From Takakia lepidozioides (Eukaryota; Plantae; Bryophyta): DNA of 64,000 bases. How positions within the stretch are numbered: the first letter of the stretch is position 1; each line of letters starts with the position of its first letter. The stretch is taken from positions 94,550,001 through 94,614,000 of the forward strand of contig CM060731.1 of assembly GCA_030704615.1 (NCBI GenBank), written 5' to 3'. Positions 11,916 through 23,983 of the stretch are shown here, in pieces. The position numbers and the translations under genes were made by a program. The notes under the pieces are model-generated. The model did not search any database and was not told where the DNA came from. It worked only from the letters and a program-made list of their open reading frames with translations.

Positions 11916-14900
11916 ATGCTCGAACCTGAGAGGGAGGGAGTGCATGCACCAGAGAAGAGACATCATCGCAAGCTCCGAAAATTGTACTTTGGACGTAGGC
12001 CAATGCCAAAAGGGAGGAAGCAGATGCGTCTACAGGAGGAGATTGCCATCTCGCAGCATCAGGCCATGCAGGCAACCCAGCCACTAGTGAGAGCTCCGTG
12101 CTATCGGGATTCGCCAGCTGATCGAGCACCGAAAACCCGCCTCATTTTTCTTCTGCAATTCTTAGACTGTATGCTAAGAGACTTGAATGCAGAAGATGTT
12201 TGCATGCCTAACCGGAAAGGTGGACGTGCTGGAGGGATCGTAGGAATCCGAAGAGCTGTAGGCAGAGTCCGTGGAGCTAGCTGCAGCACGCACACCCAGC
12301 TGATCCACGAGCACGAGTCTTCCTGCCGGGCCTAGCCCTGTGCGTTTCAAGGACGCGGCTTCCAAGGGCAAGTCTTTGCAGTCCAAAGCCCCAGAGAGCG
12401 ACTTGCCTTCGAAGGTCATGGAGAATCGCCAACAGGGGTCAAGCCCTTCTCCAACAAAGACAAAGAAGAAGCAGCCCGTCCTTCAACTTGTTTTTGAACC
12501 GGACCAGGCCGTTTCCCCCCCACCCAGGCGAATGAACAGATTCAATTGCAGCAGACACCTTCACCTGCAAGAATGAGGAAGCACAAGGCAATCAGGGGGA
12601 GGGCGGAGCAGTCTCCTGCAAAACCGATTCCACGAGCTAAAGCCCAGTTCCTGCTTGATTTCCAGCCTGGTGATGTTGGGGGCGTCTCTGCTGCAGCGAA
12701 GGCAATGGGATCGACCGATTTCGTCGATGTGGTACGGGAGGAGGGTGCTGCCTCTCAACGTTTGCAGCAAGACCTGACCACCGTTGAGGAAGATCTTCAT
12801 AATACTGAAGGCCCGGAGGAGGCCTCTACAATTGCAGAATTGCCCGCAAAGATTCCCCAGAGTGCAGCTCCAGTTGGGGATGCTCCAGCTGCTCAGCCCC
12901 TACCGCCACTAGCAAAAATATCTCCGGAGGAATTCCAAAGTGCAGCGGATACAATGTTGGAGGAGACACATAGTAGCATTGGTAGAGTTCTGGGCAGCAG
13001 GGTATTCCAGCGGACTCTTCGAATCCCACTCTGTCACATGGTCTCCCTTCCCATCGTCAGGCAGACACTTCCCGGAGATGTGGATAAGCTCAAGTTCGCA
13101 TTTCGAGAGGGGTACCGTCTAGGTTCGCCAGCCTTCTACGTTTCCTTGAGAATGAGGACGGCGAATCTCGTGGACCCACTGTGGATGAATTGTCAACATG
13201 GGATACCCACTGGCACACTCGCAACAACGAATTTGAGGCAACACTGAAGGGTGATCCAGACTTCGGCCATATGTCGGGTAAAATGTTCTTTGTGTGGGAC
13301 GGGGAATCACCGACTTCTCGCCTTGTGGAGTACATCAAGCAGAACCATGCCAAACACATTGGCTGGCATTACATGGGGAGTGTGTCATCCTCAAGGTGAA
13401 GGCGGCAGACTCCTCCCGCTCAAGAATGCCATGGCAGACCTCAACTCGTAAGATACTCATACCCTCCCAAGCACGTTCGAAATGCGGTGCCGCATTTCGG
13501 TTTCCAATCTGTTTTGTTTCCGTCTCGTGGATTGAACTGGAGAGTGTGCCTTGCAGGGTCAATGAAATGCGTACGTGCATACCCACATGGCACATATGTT
13601 GTACAGGGTGAGGAAAACTGGTCTCACTGATCCGCACATGTTTGCGGAAATGCTGGAGCCCGAGCTCATTTTGAAAGCCGTGGCAAAAAACTGACCGGAC
13701 ATGGTATCGTCTCACTATGGATGGAATGGTGGAGGTGATATACGAAGTAAGTCGTCCTCCCATTTCCCTCTGCTCATCCTTCCCCAATTTCCAGTAATCT
13801 TTCCACTTGAATCGAATGTAACGCTTCTGCATGTTTTTGTTGGCAGTCAAACATCAAGCTGGATTGGCCCATGCCAAACGCTTCTTCATGGAAAGTGAGG
13901 GGCAGGTCAAAACGTTGCAGTCATTGACTGAGCACTTGAAGGAAGCCGGGGTCAAGTCCAGAACGAAATACAAGTCAAAGCTTGTGAAGCTGGTGGCCAT
14001 TGCAGATCCGGCACTTGGAAAGGATCATCCCCGAGATTGCAAAACACTATTCTCGGGCCATGCAGCCGACCATGCAGTTGGAGAAACTGCATCACCTCTC
14101 AACGGCATGTGTTGAAGCGAAAGAGAAGGTGATGTTTCAATGCACTGAAGTTCCTTCCTAGCAATAGCCACTCTTCTTCCTGCTCCTGACATTGGATCGG
14201 AAATGGCACGGTGGCTGTCGATCTGGAATGCATCGGAGAGTATAAGGACAATGTGGTCTTTTCCACTCGAAGTTTCGACCCTGCAGTGGATGTGTGGCTC
14301 AACCGCATGACTTGGTGGTTCCAGGTAATTCAAGGTACTTCCCCATATTTGCTTTTCTGAAAATGAATTCCTGAACTGCTACGTGACAATGATGTGGGGA
14401 ATGCAGGTAATGACGAATGCGAAGGGAGCAAGTCGTAATGCATACAAATTCGTTCGGCTTGTACGTCAAATGGGATGGAACACAAACATTGGAAGACTAC
14501 GTCACACGTTTCAGATGTGCGTACAAGGACAACCTCTTCGCCAGGGAGCTACAGACAGCAAGAAGGAGCGTGGAGTTTACACATCAGGAGGGAGCGGGAA
14601 AAGCTGTAATGTTTACAGGTGAAGCCCAGCTGTCCTTGTATGCAAAGCCTGGTTATGAGGTTTGTCTGGGAAATGCGGCACCGCATTTGCATTTTAAGTT
14701 TTTGGTTGCACTCTGCGGGTACGTTGGTCTCAACATTTGCTCACGCATGCTGACTCCCCTGCAGGTATATGAAATACGTGCTTCTTCAGACAGGGGCCCT
14801 GGCTCAAGAGCCCCCATTCTTCATGGCTTGGACCGTGGCAGGCCCAAGCTGTGTCTACACACCCGAGATGCAGAAACAATGGCATGCCGCGCATCTGGTT

Positions 14901-17092
14901 GGATGCCCGTGGTACCTAGACATGTCTGGCGGAATTGTTGACGAGTTTGAGAAAGAAATGCACACGCGAAAGGCAGAAGAGAAGAGAAAGGAAAGACGTG
15001 TCCCTGCTCGGCCAGAGTCGGCAAAGGAAGCTGCTGCTCTGGAACAATCCAGAAAGGCAGCTGAGATGGCACAGAAGACGGTGGATGCAGCTGTGCAGGC
15101 TCAACAGAAGGGGTCCAAGAAGCGGACTTGCCAGCAAGGAGCAGCAGTTGTGACACCCAAGAAAGAAGAAAGCAGAAAGAAAAAAGATAGTGCAGGTAGA
15201 GGGTGAGGAAGAGGATTCCGATGGAGACTTTGCAACCAGCCCACCCCCCGAGACGCAGCCAAAATCCCCTGTGCCCACCGTTGTCACAAGAGGGACGAGA
15301 ACTGGCTCGGCAAAGAAGGCACTCTTCAACCCCCCGGGGGGGCACCCTTTCGAGCCGGTGGAAATGAAGGGCCGAAAGTGGATCCGATACAGTAGTCCAG
15401 TGTGTGAATGAAAGTTTCTTGGCGGTTCGGATGGACGGGCAGCCAAGTTGGCATACATGAAGACCATGGAGGGTCTGGATGGGCAGAGCACTGAAGAAGG
15501 CGGCTGCCGAAGAGCCTTCCGACACCCCTGGGTTTCTGAAGATGGTCTCGTTCTTTGAGAGGGTGTGTGCAGACAAGGATTGCAGGAGGGGCGGAAATGC
15601 CACCGAGTGGTCTTGCGATATGATCATCTTGGATATTCCGGACGGAGAGCCTGTGGAAGGACTGCAAGCTTTGCCATCTTGGAACAGGTACTCGAGGACT
15701 TTTGGAAGAAAGGATTCGGGCTCACCCGCATGGTGTTGGACGACAGAGGCTGTGTGGTTGTCCTGGCGAGCAGAGGCAAAAACACACAGACAAGGAATTG
15801 CGAAGTGGACCCGCAAGAGCGCCGTCCCAATTCTGAAGAAGAAGTGGACGTGCATCAACACATGGGCCTTCGGTCGGAAGGGAAGAAGGTAATTACGACA
15901 TTGGCACTCGTCCTTTCATTTTCTTAGGAGTTTGAAATGCGGTGCCGCATTCGATTTCTAATCGTTCCCCACTGTGTATGCAGAGACGAAGCAGTTCGAT
16001 GCATACTGCTTTGTGAAGGAGAACTCCACCTTTGCTTTCCGGAAGGAGGGATTGTTGGTTGACCCGAACTGCGACCCCGTCGATTACGACGTCCTATTCA
16101 ACAACGTTCCCACGGAACTTCTCCTCATAGCCTCACTTCAACTGAACCCTGCGGTATTCACGGACTCGAGCCCTGCCTTCATTCAGACAATTATGGAGAC
16201 ATGCACTGACGTGGAGGGCACAGTGCTCGACCTCATCTGTGGGACAGGTATGCAGAATCTTGTTGTATGCTATTCTGCAAATTCTCGTTATGCTTTCATT
16301 CGCAACATCTGAAGGGCCATGTCATAATGTGTGGATGGCATTGTAACAGGTGCCTCAATGTGGGCTGGGCGGTTTTCCGACCACCTCTTTGCCTACGAGG
16401 AGGACACATCCGCCTGGGGATCCCATCTGGAAGGGCTGCAATGGAATGTGAAGGCTCCCATCGAAGCCAAGGACTCCTCGGATTCGTCGGAGTGGGAGGA
16501 AGAGACAGTGGACATTGATGCCGAGGAGAACCCGCAATACGAGTGAGTGCAAACATTGTAAGTTTGCAAAGCCTTCTGGGTGATTTTTTGTCAAACGCAT
16601 TTCCGGACTGTGGTTCTCATTGGTCTCATTGGTGATGTTATGTGCAGGATTCCAGGATCCGGGTCGAAAACTGTAGGGCCTACACTTCCTGCCAGGAAGA
16701 ATGTCCCGTTCTTTGCGAGGGCCGACTTCATGACGAGCCCGGTGAAGGACTACTCCTTCCTAGTAGCAGCTAAACTCCAAATAAACGATTAGACGATGGT
16801 GAGAATCCCAGTAAAGTAGAGCAGATTTTGGAGAGGGCTAGGGAGGACAGAAGGATAAGGAAAGAGTTGGCAAGCTGAGACAGGTAGACGGGTGCGAAAG
16901 TTCATATGTGATTCAGCGGATGAGAGCGATGCAGACAGGGAGGACGACGAGCCAACGGAGGTGAGATGGTCGGTTCCGCAAGGTGAAGATGGGATTTTCG
17001 AAAGCCTGGCCAACGAGCAGTCCGCTGGAGATGAGAAAGGCAATGACGGGGTGGAGGCGGAGCAGGACAGTCAAAGGACAGGACGACGATAG
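11916..17092 (+). pseudogene. Multi-exon ParB-like domain plus beta-class DNA amino-methyltransferase gene of element B (frameshifted)
   Basis: FFVWDG(+1)NHRLLA at ~13298-13320; DMIILDIPDG at ~15617-15646; LDDRGCVVVLA; FDAYCFVKE; SPAFIQTIMETCTDVEGTVLDLICGTG|ASMWAG...HLFAYEED across GT-AG intron 16248-16349. Collinear with the gene in C. Confidence 0.8.
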
Positions 17093-17246
17093 TGATGATT
17101 TTCAAGATTAATAGAATTTTAATGAACTCTCTGTACATTTAAATTCTATTCCAGAGTATATAAAGGAAATTCTCCCCGTCCTTCATGTCCCCTCTCCCAT
17201 GTGCTTCTCAACGACAACATCGTCCAAACCTGGTCCCTCCAAAATC

Positions 17247-18271
17247 TGAAATGCGGCACCGCATTTCAATGTCTGAACGGAAATGTGGCAACTGCAAAAA
17301 CCTCCTTTGGAAATGCGGCACCGCATTTCCAAAACCGGGGCAAGAACAATTTTCCGTTTCATGGTTTGGACATCAGAAACTGTTCGGACAAACGGAAATG
17401 CGGTGCCGCATTTCCGTTTCCGACACGGCAGTTTTGCCGATTGCCAGCTCCTTCCATGGAGGTAAATGGAAATGCGGAGGTCGAACATGGAAATGTGCCG
17501 CATTTACCTTTTGGAGATGGACATTTTTCCAACTGCAGACCCATCGACGGAAATGCGGCTCCCCATTCCATGATGCTAGACGGGAATGCGGCACCGCATT
17601 CCATTGTCCAATAAGAAATTTCGATGACGTACATGGAAATGCGGCGCCGCATTTCCAAAACGGACATCGTTGTTGTCCAATTCCAGACCCTTTGACGGAA
17701 ATGCGGCACCGCATTCCATCGTCCTATAAAAACATTGTCCTATAAAAACTTTCGATTGCCCAACATGAAAATGCGGCGCCGCATTTCCAAAACAGACATC
17801 GTTGTTTGTCCAATTCCAGACCCGTGTGGGCATTCAGGACGGAAATGCGGCACATTCCATTGTCCAATACGATCTTTGGGCGGACATGGAAATGCGGTGC
17901 CGCATTTCCAGAACGGACATCGTTGTTTGTCCAATTCCAGACCCTTCGACGGAAATGCGGCACCGCATTCCATTGTGCTCTCCGGAAATGTTGTGCCGCA
18001 TTTCATTGTCCGGTACGAAATTTCGATGACGGACATGGAAATGCGGTGCGCATTTCAAGTATGGACATGGACAAGCATTAGCGACTGGACATGCTCGGAC
18101 AATTCAAGGTCCAATATGGAAATGCGGCGCCGCATTTCAAATTCGAAGTATGGTAATGCCATGTCAGGAAATGAAATGTTGTACAGCATTTCCGTTACGA
18201 CGACAACGGAGGAAAGGGAGCTGCCAGAAATCGCTGCATGGAGAAAAATGAAATGCGGTGCCGAATTTCCG
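17247..18271. repeat. Second cluster (roughly 18 copies) of the B palindrome, irregular spacing
   Basis: Repeated GGAAATGCGG(CG/CA/TG)CCGCATTTCC, e.g. at 17309, 17394, 17635, 17697, 17888, 17951 and 18118. Confidence 0.88.
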
Positions 18272-18545
18272 AGCTTCGGCGTGTACATGTTTCCTTTTAC
18301 TCATACATGGATTTTCTTCACCTCAGGACTCTGATATCGCTGACTCTGGTATATTCATATGGACAGACACATTGTAAAATGAGACCTCAAATTGTAAACA
18401 GTGGGCCAATTACGGCAGTTCTTGAACACGATGAACACAAGCACACAAGTGAGGTAGTACGATGGGTTGTTTTATTGATCGAACACGGTGTCTCACATTT
18501 AGCAACTCCAGACAAATCTAAGCCCTTCCTCCTTCTACATGGGCG

Positions 18546-19170
18546 TCACCAAGTCGACGGAACTTCGATAGCCCTCAAAACAAGCTCATTACTGATGCGG
18601 CACCTCGAGGTAAACTGCAATGCGGTCGATCTGGTGCCCTTGGTGGAGCTGACGACAATGTCATGCCCATCAATCATACCACCATCATACATTGACAAGG
18701 TCACTGTGGGCCTCATGTGCCCGTGCGATTCGTCTTCGCAACTCAGCCGAATGTCTCCATACACTGGAAAAGCGGAGTGAACTCCACGAATATAGTTTTC
18801 CCCGGTGCCGTCCTCCCTGGTCCACTGGCAGCAGTTCCAGCGCCAAAGTGAGGCCGTGCGTGATCTGTCCGGCATCCCATTCCACCTTGGTATATCGAGG
18901 TCAACAATTTTCAGGACCCACGGACCGCATTGACCCTCGCCCTCACCTCGCTCAAAGCGGTAATAGCCCTCCAATACTCCATTGCGCGCAAAGACTCCCG
19001 CTTGATTCCAGAAGCGTCTGTGAAAACAGAGAGCCAGACAATGATGTCTCCTGATTCTGGTTTGAACATAGCATAATCGTGGCCATGATAAGGGCAGTCA
19101 GCAGGATTTCGGCGGCACGGCATCCTTGAAAAAGAGTAGCGGAGTACGCTCAATGACAGCAGCTCCCGGA
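18546..19170 (-). pseudogene. Unknown cargo protein, paralog 1 (inside element B)
   Basis: LRYSFSRMPCRRNPADCPY.G.DYAM...WRWNCCQWT...PVYGDIRL...YDGGMIDGHDIVV...ELVLRAIEVP, homologous to the + strand copy. Confidence 0.65.
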
Positions 19171-19589
19171 TGGAGGAGGCAGCAGCGTGGCTGGAAGAAA
19201 TTCAAGCAAACGCTGCAATTCCTCACAAACACTCCAGGGCACATTTAAATTTCCCCCCTACAGGAACCTGCACGGATGAAGATTGGCTGCTCCATGAATG
19301 TAGCCGTTTCAGTTTCCTTCCCTGCCATGCAAACTATGGGCAGTAAGTGCCAGGTGGGCCTATAGCCACTCGAGACGACGAAGTCCATCCCCCTTCGATG
19401 TAAATGCGGCGCCGAATTTCCATCCGGGGGATGGACTTCGGTGGCAGATTTCAAACTATACCCCGTGGATGAGAAAGAGGTATCGGTTCATCCACCGCTG
19501 GCGTGATGAACACGTTACACGATGATTGGTGGGTACGTGTGACCCAGATGCTCCATTATTGGAGCCCGCACTGCTCTTCCGCTTCTCAT

Positions 19590-20239
19590 CATTTCGAAAA
19601 TCTAAGGGCTTCGTTGCTGTCCGCAAGGTCATTGTCATCGGCATCAAAGACGTCCTCAGGTCCTCCTTTGCAAGGATGCCGTGCTTCCGGAACCGGGACG
19701 ACTGCCCTTATGGAGGCTTCGATTATGCAATGTATTCGGCCACATCGGGAGACATCGTTATCTGGTACACAGATTACACAGAAGATACTGGTTCGAATGT
19801 GGAAACATTGTCCGCTTTTGAGTATATCCCAGGCCAGTACGCCTTCGAGCGGGGTGACGATCTTGGTCTGAGGAGTCCGTGGCTCCTGCGCATCCTTGAT
19901 TCCGATTTTCCCAGCTACGACGGGGCACCCATGCAGAAGAATGCGCACTGCTATGCTGTTGCGGTGGAACTGCTGCCAGTGGACGTGGGTGGACTCCATC
20001 GGAGAGACTTATACTCCTGAAGGAGTGCGCTCCTCTTCTCCATTGTATGGGGACATTCGCATTGGTGTGGAGGACGAAAACGTGAAGCTTTCCATATTCG
20101 ATGGTGGTATGATTGAAGGGCACGACATTGTGGTGAACATCAACAGGGCGGTACAACGGCTGCAATCCAGTTTACCTGGAGGAGCCCGATGACTCATGAG
20201 CTAGTTCTCAGAGCAGTCGAAGTCCCATTGACAACGTGA
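19590..20239 (+). pseudogene. Unknown cargo protein, paralog 2 (inside element B)
   Basis: LRSSFARMPCFRNRDDCPYGGFDYAM...LRWNCCQWT...PLYGDIRI...FDGGMIEGHDIVV...ELVLRAVEVP, read across frameshifts. Confidence 0.65.
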
Positions 20240-20639
20240 CTTGTATTCAGAAGGCACAGGGCTAAATTTGTTTGCACAATCAGCACAGTAGACGTGCTTC
20301 AAATGCAATTCATGTGGATCAATAAAAACCCCATTGTGCCCTCTTTTTGTTCTATTCTGTATCCATCGTTCCCAGAATGCATCATTCCTCATTTCGTTTG
20401 GATTGGGAGTGTGGGTGGATTTTGCAAGTGGCTGGTAGGCTGAAATGGGCCCCCATTGTACAGAGCAGTACCACCCTACCATTCGCGAAACATTGCCTTT
20501 CAATATGTAATTCTAAAAAAACATTGCCGAACCTCCTTCATCGGGAGGTCCTTCTCCCCTATGACCGTGACACCCTAAACCCTATTCCCGCGGACACTCA
20601 TTTCCGGAAAATAGTCCTGCTCATGTTTTTTTCGACACT

Positions 20640-20699
20640 TACGACTCTGCTCATGGCTCATGCCGCTCATGGCTCATGGCTCATGAAATAGCAGCCCCC
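20640..20699. repeat. Right terminal inverted repeat of element B
   Basis: ctctgctcatggctcatgccgctcatggctcatggctcatgaaatagcagccccc. Confidence 0.8.
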
Positions 20700-23600
20700 A
20701 TAGAAATGTGGTGGGTAACTGCTTGTTTCACCTTCAATTGGTGTTGCTGTCACCACACCACAGCAGATACCTTTTAAACAACTTAGGCCTTCCAGCTGCA
20801 TTTCTGCAACCTGCTCCCACTCTGGGTGTGCAGCGAACAGGGTAGCTTCCTGCTCCTCATCTAGTCCTCCCCTCCAGTCATACTCCCTGACCCTCGAGGT
20901 CTTCTCGTAGCATGTAATCTACTAGATTTCTTAGTGGTAATTTGTATCTTGTGCATCCCATCATGCACAGTTAGTAACTGGGAATTCCAGTCATGGAATA
21001 CCCTGGCCTGTTTCAGCCACGGACGTCCCAACAATAAGGAGTAAGCTTCCATGACTTCATCCATTTTTAACACAGTTACTGTGATCAGAAATATCATCTT
21101 TTGAATCTGTATCTTAACTCCTCTTATCAATCCCAGTGGCTGTACACTTCTTTGATCTGCCATTGTTACTGTAAATGGGGCTGGCTTCATGTTACTTAGA
21201 CCAAGCTTCTGCCTTAATTGGTCTGTCATGATGTTCACTCCAGAGCCTCCATCTATCAGTCAGACATCAGTTAGTTCTGTGCTTCCAATTCTCAATTGGA
21301 ATACTGGCATGGAATCATCAAAGTCCATGACTGTTTCTCGCCCTTCCGCTTCACATTATAACTGGTCACCTTGCTGTTCAGGTCTTGTTCCCTATCACAT
21401 GGGTAATTCGATTATTGTTTGATACAGCTGTGTCTGCAATAAAGGCCACAGCCAATAGCTGTCCAATGGTAATCTCTGCTTTGGACTGGCATATTACTTC
21501 AGCCAAAGTCCCTTCATTACCCTGTATGTCTGCAACTTCTTTCTTCCCTTCATCCTCACTCACTTCCTCTTCTCTTTCAGAATCAGAGGAATCTGCCATA
21601 GGAAATATCAGTACTCTTCTGCATTTTATGGTATCTGCCACTTCCTTGTGCAGTTCCTTCTCATCTCTCCAAGCCTCATCATCTTCAGGCACATCACTGC
21701 CATCTTCATTATCATCATCTTCCTCATCTACTGGAGGTATTAGTTTGGCTTTGCTTCTCGTTACTATCATTGTACTTACTTCTGGTACAACACATGGCCT
21801 AACCATGTGAGCTGCCACCACTGGCCCCTCATTCACAGAGCTCTCATCTCATTCTGGTGTCTGATCCAGAATGGACAGGCTGCCTTGCGATGGTCTGCCT
21901 GATTACAATAGCAACACAGTTCTTCCCCATTAGGTCCTCGCCCTTGGTCTGTTCTGGAATTGTCTCTATAATCCTGATTCCCTGGCTGGTAATTCCCTCT
22001 TGGATTACCTGATAGTTGCCTCTGGAATTTCCTTGGTAATTCCCTGAATTACCTCTCCCTCCATGCCCTTGTAACCACCAGGCCTACCATAGTGGTCCTG
22101 ATCATTGTTTCTTCTTGGCTGGGGCTGCACTTGATGCACCCTTACACTCTACTGTTCTGTTGTAGTAACAATTCTCAGTAGAATGGTTATCCATTTTACA
22201 GATGGTACAGTGTTTCTCCTTTATGTGGCATTCAGTGGTGTATGGCCTTCATTCCTTGCACACCAAACACCCTTCCTCCAATGTGTTGCAGCCTCTGTGG
22301 CATACTTCTTCAAGATTTCTTCTAATCTTTTCTCATAGTTTTCTCTCTTCAACTTCTCCTTCCTCTTACTCTTCCTTTTCAGCTCTTGCTCTTCTTCCTC
22401 ATCTGACTCATCCTCAGAGTCCTCATCATCCTTTTCTCTCTCCTGAGCATTCCCAATTGCTCAATTCTGTTCGCTGTTTCAAATGCCTCCTCCACTGTAT
22501 TATGGGGTAACATATCCACTTTCTTTTGCAACTCTGGTCTTAGTCCACTCACAAACCAAGTCTTCTGTAAACCTGGTGCTGGTACAGCAGCCAGCTTTTT
22601 CATCATCAATTCCATTTTTTCCATATACTCCTCGACAGTTTCATGCTTCTTTTGCTTTACCTGTTGTAAACTTCCATACACTTCATCCTCAGTATTTTGG
22701 AATGCTGTATTCAAGCCATTCCAGGTTAGGAAATGATTATCAGGGAATCTTGCATACCATTCACTTGCTTTCTTGATAAGTGAACAAGGAAACAATCTCA
22801 TCTTGGCATCATCGCCATTCTCATTGTTCACAATACACATGTGCTCAAATTGGCTAATGTGTACATCAGGATCCCCTTTTTCCTGAATATATTGGAAAAG
22901 GTGGTTTTCCCGTGTTGGTTGTAATGCCATCTGTGGCCCTACCTTCTGCCCACTGACAGATGCTGGCCCCCTTGCTGGTGCTGGTCCTTGAGGACCTGTT
23001 GTAGTTGTGGTGGACCAGTGGTGGCCCCTGAGCACTCCCTGCTACCGGCACCACGATATTCACAGTATTCCCAGCTCCAGTTGCACTACTTCCCACACTC
23101 CCTGTCCCCCCAGAGCCAGATCCAGGCTGCCCGCCTGATCCCCCTGAGCCGACACCTTCGTTGGCCTGTGGTCCAAGTGCTCCACTTGATCCAGGTCCAA
23201 CGGGTTGGGATGTCCTGGTTGTAGTCTCAACCTCAGCTGTTGGGTCTACTTCTTCATACTCTTCCTCTTCCAATTTCTTCTCTCTGTTTTCATCCTCCAA
23301 GTTCTGCCCTTGGGTTTCTTCTTCACTCATGTAACTCAACTGAAATGGTGTTGGAGAGTCTGAACTCTCCGTTGGCTCTGCCACATCCTCTCCTTCTTCT
23401 TCACCTTCCGTTTCAGAAACTGGAGTTCCTGCTTTTGGTGTTCCATGCAAACTCTTATCAAAGATTTCTGTCAAATCTTTTATCCAAGGATGTACCTTAG
23501 ATCTTTCACCTCGTGGTTAATCTCTTCCCGTACCAATTCCCTAAATCTTTCTTGCAAAGAAAAAGAAGGAGTGGAATCCAACTCTAGTTCTTCCGGTATG

Positions 23601-23747
23601 GGTGATGTACTCTCTGATCTTAATGGTGTGAGAGGTCCAGATGATTCCCCTATGTCTATTCCTCTTTCCCAAAGATATGGATAATTAGCTTTCAGATAAC
23701 TTTCTCTTTTTGCTGAATATCTCTGGAGTCTAGCTTCTCTTTCATCA
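20700..23747 (-). mobile_element. Fragment of a different Ty3/gypsy retrotransposon (gag, zinc knuckles, aspartic protease), no LTRs visible
   Basis: Gag core DPDVHISQFEHMC...LFPCSL..KASEWY...QKKHETVEEY...WFVSGLRPEL; CTICKMDNHSTENC at ~22170-22210; protease IDGGSGVNIM...YSLLLGRPWL. Bounded by the termini of B and C. Confidence 0.85.
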
Positions 23748-23822
23748 GGGGGCTGCTATTTCATGAGCGGCATGAGCATGAGCGGCATGAGCATGAGCGG
23801 AAAAAAAAAAAGCATGAGCAGA
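23748..23822. repeat. Left TIR of element C with ATGAGC sub-repeats
   Basis: gggggctgctatttcatgagcggcatgagcatgagcggcatgagcatgagcgg. Confidence 0.82.
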
Positions 23823-23983
23823 CCATAGTGAGTCCACGGAAATAGGGTTAGGAGGCACGGAAATAGGGTCATGTGAAGTTGGAATGTGGCACCAGTGGAC
23901 TTGAAATCCAACATTTTATTGCAAATTTTGTGGCAAGCCACGTCTATACAAGTGTGTTCTAACTGTCATAGCCGGAATGGGCA

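Larger units (their letters stand above)
493..20699. mobile_element. Element B: large Mutator-like DNA transposon carrying transposase (-), ParB-MTase (+), a paralogous cargo gene pair and palindrome arrays; left part interrupted by an LTR element and by copy A
   Basis: Same gene order and orientation as element C. Right terminus GCTCATGAAATAGCAGCCCCC at 20699. The left terminus is not in the window. Confidence 0.8.

Noticed and set aside
14821-15861. Long antisense ORFs (346 aa here; also 32655-33392, 34602-35573, 43630-44442)
   Set aside because: They are shadow frames opposite motif-bearing genes and are not conserved between B and C.
20700-23747. Gypsy fragment as cargo of a composite element bounded by the termini at 20699 and 23748
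   Set aside because: Both termini face away from the fragment and belong to B and C respectively.
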